NCBI GenBank assembly: GCA_030141605.1
Contig: JAQGDQ010000058.1
Coordinates: 1-64,000, forward strand
Direction: 5' to 3'
DNA: 64,000 bases
Origin: Tubiluchus corallicola
Taxonomy: Eukaryota > Animalia > Priapulida
Shown: piece by piece, positions 24,401 through 36,400 of the stretch
Numbering within the stretch: position 1 is the first letter of the stretch
How the letters are laid out: each line of letters starts with the position of its first letter
Translations under genes and position numbers: made by a program
Notes under the pieces: model-generated
What the model was told of the DNA's origin: nothing
The model's input: the letters and a program-made list of their open reading frames with translations, nothing else
Database searches by the model: none

Positions 24401-27400
24401 CCCAGTCTGCAGGAAAACATGCCATGGAGAATGGTATCAGTTCGCTGAGAAAGGAAGATCGAGACATGAAGGAAAAAGAAAAGGATCCGTCCTCCTCTTC
24501 TGCCAGTGTGAAACACACTAAAACTATGGACGGATACGTAGGCTTCGCCAACTTACCCAATCAAGTCTACAGAAAATCTGTCAAGAAGGGATTCGAGTTC
24601 ACATTAATGGTAGTAGGTGAGTAGCTAATCACTGATAATAAAGTTCTTTCAAGCATGTTCAGAGGATTGCTGAAGTTGTAAAGATTCTATCATGCTCTTA
24701 TAGTTTTGTGTGACAGCTTCACATGTCTCCCACAGCTTACTCTGGGATTAATTTTTGGAAGGTGTTTACAGTTTGTTGTATGTCTGGAATTGTGAACTTT
24801 AGCCTAACTTTTTTCGATTGAACCAAATGTCCTGAACCTCAACCCCGTTAAGCACATCCGAACTATCCCAAAGAACACAGTCTATGGTAAAGTGATAAAA
24901 GTATTGATCAGTATTCAACAGCTAAGCTTGTGAGACATCTGCAAGATGTGTGCAGGATCTTAAGTTCTTGCAGTCACTTTCGAGTCACTGCTCCAGTTAT
25001 TTTGCAGGCTGTGCGCCAAATTTTGAAGGCATGATGGATTCACTGTTTTTGGACAGTACCATTATATTCGTTGGTTATGTACTACCGTGTACACTGGGTG
25101 ATGCATCGGTTACTATTTAAGTATGATTATTTTCTTCTATAGAAGTGTTTCATTGTAGTCCAAATCACTATGGTGATACGTAGGCCTACTGTGTGAATGC
25201 AGCATTCACACATTAATTAAAACTCGAACTGCAAAGAAAAAAAACAGTGATTATAAAATACATACTACATCTGCATCTTCCTCACGTTCGTTTATTTTTC
25301 AACGAATCCTGGTTATGTAACATTGATTTCCTTGTAATATATCTCCCTGCCACAGTAGGTAAGTTCTGTATATAGGAATTTCTATTGGCGGTCCTAGACA
25401 AATGTGAAATGATTGACAAAATTATCCATTGGTGTGGATGTGTCTTAAAAGTTAATTAAATGAGCGCGCCTAGCGTATAGCAATGCATTGAAAATCTCGG
25501 AAAGCAATCCAGACGTGTCACGAGGAGGAATACGTTAAATATTTGTAAAATGAATGAATGATCTTAAAAGTGCATGATGGAATTTTTGCCTGTTTCCTCA
25601 TCTTTAATTGATAGGTCATGAAACTATCATCAATTGCAAGTAAATGGCTGCATTATGGAAGCCACCATTCTAATCCTAATCTCCAAATGAACTGTAAAGT
25701 TAGGAGATGTTTAACTGAGCGGTTGTAAATGTACTGAGTTGTATTAATCAATTGTATTGTCAATAACTGCGACTTCTGTACTGCTAGTATTGTGCTGCTA
25801 GTACTTGAAAAATGTAGCTCAACCGTTCATCAGCTGTATCCTTAACACTTAGTTTCCTTTCTTTTTTTGTTTATCTACTGCTAATATTTGAACACCAAGC
25901 AAAACAAATAAGTGTGGCTCTCCAATCACCATCTGTCTTGGCTGCTTCCTTTTGTGGCTGTGTTTTTTTATTGTAAGGCTCAAAAAGCTCAGCCGCCAAA
26001 TGCCTGGCATAATCATAGTTAGGTGCTTTTTAAGAGGATTATTTCTATTTTCAGTCAGATTTTTTTTACTATTTAGGCATATCACAGTAACAGTGTTGCT
26101 GCAGCCAGCATTCAAGGATGCTCCATGTTACTGGTAGAGTAAACTTAAATAGGGCTGGTAAAGAACCAAGAACGATAACTATCAGAGAAGCAAATTTTTT
26201 GTATGGATCATGCACGCGATGCAGTTAAACCTCAAAAAATTCCCCCATGCAAAAGGAGTTTTAAACAAATGCCAAAGCCTCCCCAAAAGCTTCATGGTAC
26301 TTACATACATGTAATAGCCTACAGCTTAACAACACTAGATCTGAAAGATACAAGCAGGAGACAGAAATTCGTATATAAAAGATGTGGGCAGAGCAGTTTT
26401 TCTGGCACATGATCTGAGGTTTATGCCTACCATGTTTCACTTCTGTTTGGATAGAAATGGCTAGAACTACTTGTGATTTTTACCCTTTTTTGTCTTTTTG
26501 TTTTCATCTGGAGAACTATAGTGGTTCGAAACGTCGTGCTCTTTCTTTCTTTTTCCTTGTTTTTTTAAATGCGGGATTTTTACTCATTGGGAATGGGAAT
26601 TAATCTGTGTTAATTTCTCACAAATCATAAGTTAATAATGGGCACTTTTTACTCTTCTGTAGTAGCCTTGTTTTTACATATGCCCAAGGTAGATTTTTAC
26701 GCGAAGTACATACTAAACTGATATCAATTTATAGATCTATAGAACCAAGTACAAGTGCTGCAATGGTGCAAATGAGTTATGTTGCGCCCTCTGCAGCCTG
26801 CCACGCCTTCTGCTGTACAATATTGACTTCACTCTTTTTACCCAATCGTAGTTTTTCTGTAAGACAGCTGTTAGGTCTTAACCACACCACACCACCACAG
26901 AGCTAGGACAGTCATCTCTTTGTTCCAAAGGGCTGCTGGTCTGTGTTTATTTGGGTGGCAGCTGCGCGGAAAAATCCATCTTGTAATACATCTCCCCCGG
27001 GGGTGGTGACTCCTGAGTGGTGTACTTGATGGTCAGGGCAGAGTTCACGTATCTGTTATGATAAGAAATGATGTCATAATAGTTTATTAGCCTATATAAG
27101 TTTGATTTTTAGTATCTCATTAAATTTGCTCAAGGTTCGATTCATATCTATGGCTGACGATTTTTGTTCAGTGACTAGCATTTCACCCTCTAATCTTGGC
27201 CTGGTCCGTGTTTACCATTACTCTGTAACTGACACACGCGCCTGCTATAAATTGCGTAACGGAGAATGTTTGGCTTTTGGGCATTTATCAATGACCGCCT
27301 TACTAATACGTTCACTCTTGAAAAAAATGAAGGTTTCACATTACCGAATACATGGTCGCTGCAACCATAAGCGTACGAGCCAGGGGTGGGGCTGCAGCCC

Positions 27401-30400
27401 CCCTCCCGGATTCGGGCAATCACCCAATTTTTCGGGCACCGGCTAAATGATGTGATGACAAAAATAAAATAATTTTTTTCATAAAAGGAGATCTCGACAT
27501 TTCTCCATGCTGCCAAATGAAGTGCCTGAAATACGGGCATTTTTTATCATCTGGTAGGGTGAGGCCTGACTCGGGATTTTTTCGGGTTGGCACTGTATTT
27601 TTCCGGCAAAAGTGGAGTTCAGCCCCCTGGAAAAATCGACCAGTACGCCTATGGCTGCAACGTAATGCAACGTTTTGTGCAAAGATTGCGATTCAAGTGT
27701 TAGTTAATTAGACTAAATAAGCAGCTATACTGTTTGCTTTCTTTGCTTAGTATCATAGCAATAACAACATTTTTTGGGTGCACTCTTTGCGCTTCTCGGT
27801 TTTTGCTATTAGACATAATTAGTCTTCTTTGGCTATTTTAGGTATTTTTCTTTAGTTAAAATAACATAGTTACTTTGAATTTGCTTGTATTGCAAGCGTT
27901 TAAATGGTTTAGTTTAAAACTGCATCCACGTGACCTAACTTCCTTGGGGCAGAAAACCTTTCTGCCACTCTGTGGGTGATCTTGTCAGAATTGTTTAATT
28001 CAGGAAACCTTGAGGAAATTGGCTAGGTCACTAAGAGATTGCGCTGTTATAAAAAGTCAGTATCTCAATTTATTTGCCGTTCTCACTGAATGAAGTTATC
28101 GAAATGTTTTATTGAAAACGTTAAATTAACTTGTTTATTCTTTGTGGATCTATTAGGAGCTTTCCCTTGATTGGCCAGATCGGTTAGATTTCAAATATAA
28201 ATATTGAAATTTGAGATACTGTAGCCTGAAATAACCCACTTTGTCTGTAGGTTCTAAGTTATTTGTAAATGAAATAAGTTTTTTGAAATCAGTTTTGCTA
28301 CGCAATTGACATCTGTGTACATGATAATATATCAACAGCACATCGCAGAAAAAGGTGTTTTCCTATTTTTCCGTCAAAAGTTTTAAGGATAATCGCTACG
28401 AAATCTGTTCTGGTGTTTCTTTTCATGCAACGGTGTGCTCTGCGCCAAAACAACTCGTACCACAAAATTTATTTTACTGACTTCGTATGTTTTTGTTCAG
28501 ATTTTGATAACAAGTTGAAGTTATTTGAGAAACTGTTAACTTGTTAGCCAGTTATCTTGTCTGTTTACGTGCGAATTAAATCAGTTTCATCGACTTTTTG
28601 CTCGCTTTGAGTACACAACTACAGTACTGTAGTTAACTACATTAACTACTGTAGGCTGTAGTTAATAATTATACACTGCAAGTAATATATTTCGTAATCA
28701 TGTAAAGCCGTTAATTACGATTTTGTTGCTCTTAACCATGCATGCAGCAATTATTTTTTGTAACTTTCCAAAATTGTTTGTTGTATTTCAGTAAATTGCG
28801 TTGAAATTTTTGACATTGAAACTCTTGTTCTGTATGCGAATATTATATATATTTTTGGCAAGATATGTGAATTAATGTGTTTTGGTTTTTTGAGTTTTGT
28901 TTTAGCATTGTCTAGTCACATAATTACGTTAACGTAACTTTCCGTTTGCTGTGTGGTTTTTTGCACACTTTCGTATTCTGCTACGTGCAACTAATAATAA
29001 TATAATCATAATCATAATTTCATGCTCCTGTATTGTCCTTTGGCTTAGTTCACTGTTTGCGGGTGGAAACCGTTATGCTAGCACCTGCCTATATTGTGAT
29101 ACTCAAACGGTCGCTACCCGGGAAAGCCTTGTTCCCTTGTGCCCCCATCTGCTTCTTAACGTATCCCTAACCATTATTGTCGATTATTATCACAGATATA
29201 GCTGCTGATAGCCTTATACTGGTGAAATTGTACATTTTAGAAGCTTTTAATTCGTCCGTTACTGATAAGGCATGCTTAATTAAACTGAATATAATAACTC
29301 TTCTATAGGTGGCAGTACTGGCGCTGCTCCAAAGCCGCTAGATTTTCGGCTACACTTCGTGCATTATTGCCTTTAAAGGTAAACATAAGTGCAGAATAGT
29401 GGAGAGCTCGTCTATGCGACATACTCTTAGCTTTTTTCTCCTGAGCTGCTTATCTGAGGGTATTTTTGTCGTTAGCATGTTCATGCTAAATTTTCATTTT
29501 CTGTTGTTTAAGAAAAATGTCATGTAAATGCTTCAGTTGTTGTCCATCTAGTAGTTTCACAACAAAGCCCTTGATGTTTAAGACGTTATTTAATCAAGTT
29601 TGAAGAATAATTGTGTTACAAGTCCATTATTGCTGTTAGTGAACTTGAAAGTAGATTTTTATTTTATTTTATTTTATTTTATTTTATTTTATTTTATTTT
29701 ATTTTATTTTATTTTATTTTATTTTGTTTTGTTTTATTTTATTTTATTTTATTTTATTTTATTTTATTTTATTTTGTTTTGTTTTGTTTTATTTTATTTT
29801 ATTTTATTTTATTTTATTGTTTAGTTGTATTAATTGAGTTCATACACTAAGTCTTTCGCCTCTGTGAACCGTAGCCTTCCTCTGCTTGAGACCATCCTAT
29901 GGCGAGGTAGTGTTAAAACGTATTAAACTATGCCGCACAATTGCACACGGTCTACTCGCCAGTTTCAATATATATAGCTTCTTTTCGATTCGGTTCACCC
30001 ATTTCTCGTTTATCACGCAGGTGAGAGAAAAAAACTGGCTTTTAGCCCTGTCCGCTGACCTATATAAGTGTGATCCACTTTTTTATCTGCATACGAACTT
30101 TCCACTATCAATCGGCTTTGCCCATCCTTTTGTGTAGTAGAACGATTTAGCCTAGTTCTGTTACTGCATCGAATGTAGTCGTGTGAAATAGAATACGAAA
30201 TATCTGCGTCTGTCATCCAAAATAATGTTCTGACTGGCATTTATCCCTAGCAGAATTATGTAATGACAAGTCTTTGCTGTTTATCTTGTCAACTGCTTTT
30301 GTTAAACGCTGTGTAACGTATCAGTAGTTAGCATTCACTCGGTCATAAGCATTTAATAAATTAAGTACTATAGCTCGGAACAGTGGCTAATTAACTATAT

Positions 30401-33400
30401 TGCTTTCTGGTCAGAACTTTGGGTTCAAAATCATTACTGGACTCTCTTCGCATTTTACCTGTAGCTACGTCTTTAGTACGTTCTATCGTACTTATTTACT
30501 CCAAATGGTTATTCTTTATAGGTTGTAACTTATGTCATGTGTCATCTTTATTGGCTGCTAAGTATCTATACTAAGCTTGACAACTTTTTTATAAATTGTC
30601 TTAGTACTTGAAAGTAGCCTCTAATTATTATGAGGTTTGCTTGAAATTCTGCTTTCGTGAAACAAATACAAGCACGTTTAGGTAGTCGTGACAGCAGTGC
30701 AACCTAGTTTGCAATCCCGTTGATGCTAAAGACAGCCAGTCGGTAACCTCGGCAAGTCGTCCTTAATACGAGTGAAGATAATTTGCTTATGTGACCTAAG
30801 CTTGTGACTGTGGTGCGCCTGAAGTGTTCAGTCGTGTTTATGTTAAATTATTTGTAATAAATTGTCCGTATACCGTCAAAAATATTTAAACGTGTGTTGC
30901 CACGTACCTGAATTTATACATGCTTGCAATCTAGTTGAACTTCAGTATCAACAGTTAGAAAGCTCTTTGTTGCTTACCGTTTGTCAAACTCAACATCAGG
31001 GCAGTCACCGCAAGTTTCTTGGCATAGTTGTTTATTGATTATTACTGTCGCGTGAAGCCAGGCAGCCTAGGCAGCTCTGCACAGGAGCTATTGATCATGT
31101 TCAGCATCTCACTGCTGAGTAATTCGTCTGGATTTTCTCTGCCTAAACAAAAACTGTAGTTAGTAAATATAGTGCATGTTGAAAGATAACATCAAGTGGT
31201 TTATGGAATCCTTTTCCTTGTTGTTGTTCTCTATACCTTAGTTGAAACACTTGAATCATTAGTGCAGGCTGCGTTGTGTCTCGATAAACGCTAAAATTTA
31301 ACATGTACTTTTGAGTGCTTGACGACTTATCTGGAGCAAGCATTTTAGTAAGGAAAATGCGGAGAAATGTTGAATGTCACGCGAATTGTACTAATGAACA
31401 ACAGTATACAACTCAAACAAGTTTTATTGTCATCAGTATTTAACCTTCAAATTGTAAAGTAAGTTTTATATTCCTTGTAATTATAATTATAGTTTAAAAA
31501 TATCCTGCTCAAAAAGAAAATGAAAATCGCGTAGACATTATGACGTGAAATTACGTCCATACATCTACAATGGGATTAACTCTAATGAAGTTAATGAACA
31601 CGGGATTTCAATGAACTTGTTGTCCCAGTTGATGTCATCAGATATATGGCGAATGAAAACCAATTCTGGATAAGAAAATCTCTAAATGTTAGCTAATTTA
31701 TTCTGTGCCGTCCTAACACAATTAACTGAACATTAACGAAGTCTGTATATGGTAACCAAGTAAATTGAAGCCGTGCCATAAACAGTTATGACGTAATAAA
31801 CCGATTTATTATTCAGCGACAGTCCCATGTAACAAAAAACATGATCCGCTAGTACTGTTTACTAACTTGAAAATACATTTAAGTAAAGGACTGAAAGATT
31901 CGTAATGTGTGTTTAAGCAATGCTGCATTTGTTATGCATTATTAGCAGGGGGGATATGATGCTGTTGCCTCTAAGCTTTTTTTGCAGGACGTTTAGACAA
32001 ATTCCGGAATATCTCCCTCGAACATGTTAAGTGGTTTATCTGTCACGATATTTTGCACATGCCACACATTTCACTCTCTCTGTAGGAGGCGGCCGGCAAC
32101 CAGCTTTAAACCATTAAAATTGCGAAGGGGGAATTTTATTTTGACAAATTGACAAGGTTCAGTGCTTTGTATGTTATTCATGTAGTTTGTGGAATGTGAT
32201 AGCTAGCGTAAGATTTAAATCTTTATCTTTATCTTTGTCTTTGTTAATTATTACCTCTGTGACAGGCAAGAAAGGTTCCTGTACTCCTAGCGGGAAGCTG
32301 AAAAGAAAATTTGAAGTACGTTATACAGCACGAAATAAGTACCAGCAGTGGAGCAATATCTTATTTAAACATTAGTTAGAATAACTGATATTATCAATTT
32401 AAGATATTTTTGATTATATTACTTGGTTAGACAGTGGTCATAGACTGGTTTAAAAATGAAAAGCATGCTATGTCAAAGGGACTGGATGGTGAACTGTTAA
32501 GTTTATTGTGAGTTTTGTTATACAAACGGTATAGTTGCTTTTGTTTAGTGTATTTTCCAGTGATATTCTTGGCGTTGTGTGGAGGGAGTGGTAGGAACTA
32601 ATCAATGCACAGAAATAGTCACATGCCTAATGTACTGCAAGACTCACTTTGGGAAGTTAAATCTAACTTGATGTGATTTTATTATGTAATAAAGCCATTT
32701 GCTGTGTAAATTTAATGTTATATGACTGCTGTAAATCTTTGCCTGATGACTAATGTGGCACTTGTGCTATGTAAGCGTTGGCACTGAAATTCCTGATTAA
32801 ACTTGGGTTTTTCTACATGGTTTAAGGTACTAGGTGCTAGGATTAGTTACGTAAATCTTGCATTACTGCTCATGTTTTGGCATCGTGGTAACACATGGTC
32901 TATTGTTGACTTTAGAGATGTCAATGGCTTCAAGGGAGTTGATTTATAACTTGCACAGGCTTTGCTGTCAGATCAACCCAGGCTTTGTCAGTCGATAATT
33001 TTCATCTTTGGTAGGCTTTCTACGTTGTATGTAAATTTTGTATGGAGAACATGAAGATAAGTTAAATTTAGAAAAATGAGGTTTAAAAGAGTAACAGTGC
33101 TCAGTAAGCTTTAAAGAGAAAAGGGTAAAAGTGATTAGTTATAGCTATAGCAGTGTTCAAGAAGACAGCATTAACAGTAAGAGCAGTGGTGGTGGTGGTG
33201 GTGGCGGTGGCGGTAACGGTGTCGGTGGCAGCAGCAGCAGTAGCAGTAACAGTAGTAGCAGCAGCAGCAGTAGCAGCACCACCAGTGTTCACGGACTCTA
33301 TAAATTTTTTTGCGACTTTGTGAATGTGCTGCGTTGTTTTAAATTATATTTAATACAGCGTATGATTAATTTAAATATACGCTGCATTAAACTCAATGTC

Positions 33401-36400
33401 GTAATTCGATTTCGATTCTTACTTTACATGCTTAGAAATTCGCGCTATTCATTTCATCACCAAACAGAACTCACGTTTAAGTGTTTAACTTGCGTGTCCC
33501 AAAGTCCCAGTTTTGCCTACCTCTAGGCTAACACGAAATCATAACGTTGCTCTACATATTTATGCGTGCTTGTAATATGTATGATTATGAAAATTATCAT
33601 CATCATCATCATAGAGAATTCCGATTATTATTACACGTTCAGGTGTCTTGGCTCCTTTGCGGGTTGAAATAGCGCGTGTCCTTTGTTTCTTGTAGATGTA
33701 AATATTATCCCATATGTTTTAGTGCACGATAGACTCTATAGTGTTATACGAATAAATATTACGCGTGAAATCGTACTAGTTAAAAAAGTCTAATTATAAT
33801 GCTGCTTGTACAGGATCTGACATCTTATATACTACTTATTTTCACCACTATAATAGTTTTGTTTTGTATGTTTTGTAGCTTAGAACTTACATGATACTTT
33901 ATTTAAACTGTCTCTTAGGCATAAAAATAAACAAGTTTCTTGTAAACTTGTAAGTTTTTGCATTTTGATGGCTCAGTAAAACGTGATACACAAAACAATG
34001 TAGTGTTATATTTATATTACTATCAAGTTCCCCTAATTTTCTTTCTTATTAATAGCATTGATCACTATAGAATATTATTTTTAGCTCAGACTGTGTTATA
34101 GTCCCACCTTTACAATGCGGCAGTGCTGTGCCTCCCGCCTAGTCATTAAAACCAACAGTTTTTTGTTTGCTTAAATAACAAAACGTCATTGTTAGTAGCT
34201 CATTAGTAAGGCATTTAATCAAACTTCAGCTTTTACCCACCCAGGGCATTGGTCTCTCGCTTTCCTCCCTGTACTAACTTATATCAGAAGAGAGGCTTTG
34301 TTGGTTGCTAGCCATATAGGTTTAGTGCATTGCCAGTTTGAAAAAATCCAACGATTAGTCTTCCTGGCACATTTGCAGTGTAAAAAATCTATTTGGATGA
34401 TCAAAATACGTTCTGTAAGAAAGCTCTTTGTTTTTACAATAGATGCCTTTAGTTTGAGTTAGCATTTTTGTACTGTGCAATGCCAGCAACAGCATCATCA
34501 AGGGAACAACAACAACCTATTAACTTACATTCAACTCTTAATATAAAAATAAACTGAAAAACATAAAGAAATATAATACGTGTGATATAAGTTGTATATT
34601 TTGTAAAAAAGTTTTGCTGAAGCTCTTGTCAGAATTTGGTGCAAGTGCCTAAAGTCCTAAATTAATTACCTTAAAACTGCAAAAAAGAGCAAAAGAGGCG
34701 TGCTGAAATCTTACAACCCCTTGTAAAAGATCAATTGATTTACAGTAATGCCAAAGCCTTTGCGGCTTTTGCTACTCGAGAAAGCTCTGTCATGAGATGA
34801 AGGAAAAGTGCCCTAAATTTGAGAAATGGTTGTAACTTGCGTCCTTGCCCGACAGCCTGAGATCATTTTTCACAGGTTAAGCAATTCTCAAGCAACGTTT
34901 GACAGATCGCAAAATGGTGTTTTCGTGATTTTTTGCTGAATTTATCTTGTTGCTCGTAGGGCTGGTGCTTGTAAAATTTGAAGAATTAGAGTAACAAGCT
35001 TGACTTCAGTGACCTAGTGTTGTATAACAATTTTATGAAATTATAGCTTCTTGACTATAATTTCAAAAATATTCGTGAAGTATGCAATTCAGTTCCCGTA
35101 TATTTTTCACACGGGTATTATTATTATTATTGGAATAAAAGTATAAACTGACTTATCTAGTTTAGAGTGACTGAAATTGCATTACAGTGACATGGAAATT
35201 TAACAAGTAAGAAACAGTATCTGAACATTCTTTTGTTTCCCATTTCTTTTGGCGCATTTGCTCGTGAAATACAAATTTACGTGTCACTCTGAGCAAACTG
35301 GGATAGTATATAACTTTAACTTCACATAATGTAACTATACGTTGATTTTTCCATTATGTATATTTTGTGTATATAATGTAAATTTAGTCAAAATTTTACA
35401 AAATTAATGATTGGTAATTTTTTGTAGGTGAATCTGGATTGGGCAAATCAACTCTCCTTAATTCACTCTTCATGACAGATCTGTATGGTAATGACTGGCC
35501 AGGTCCATCTCAGCGAATCAAGAAAACTGTACAGGTAATAATAAGCTATTTATGCAACTATTGCTGCAAGTATTAGGTCTGTAATAAATTAGAACAATAT
35601 GTTGTTGGCCAATGTATGCACAGGTCTGAATAACATGTAGAGATCAATGAAAAACAAGTGAAAACAAAGCATAACATTTTATTTGATGGAATTAAATTTC
35701 ACCTTAAATTCTCCTTGAAACTGAAATTAAACGCAATAATGCTAATACACCGTGATTCTATTTACATAGTGAAACTGCTGTGAATTGACAGTGGAAAGTG
35801 GGTCGTGTCACTTAAAGTTCTTTAGATAATAACAGTGCCATTTCAAAAACTCAAATATTATCATTGCTGACAGTTGTAGACACAGATATGCACTATAACA
35901 ACAGGAAACAGTTAGATTTGTCAAAACCAGTTACCATCTTGTATTTGCCTTAAAATGTGTATTTTGCAGATCACGACTGTGATACTAACATTGGCATTTC
36001 AATTTTCATGGTCCAGAACTGTACTATTGATTTTACTGCTCCAGGGGACTGTGACTTTGTTCTGATGATACGAATTTAATTTTAACTGCAAGCTTGTGGC
36101 GACATCTATCGTTCACAAAGTGATTTATTGTAATAGTGATACATCAGTGGAGTGACTATTGTGAATAGATTGTATTTTGCTAAATTGAATTGAACTTGAG
36201 CTGTAAGTTCGTGGTGCCATCTGCCCATAACAATCTGAAACAATAATTGTCTTATTTTATACATTATACCTGTCTGTATTGTATGAAATGATAATCCTAA
36301 TTGCAGGTGGAATCGACAAAAGTGAGTTTAAAAGAAAATGGAGTGCAGTTACAGTTAACCACAGTAGACACACCAGGCTTTGGTGATGCCGTCGACAATA

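Noticed and set aside
29600-29850. Hydrophobic FYFIL-repeat ORFs
   Set aside because: Translation of (ATTTT)n.
33101-33526. Gly/Ser-rich and Ala/Thr-rich ORFs
   Set aside because: Trinucleotide microsatellite; no convincing splice sites or domain.
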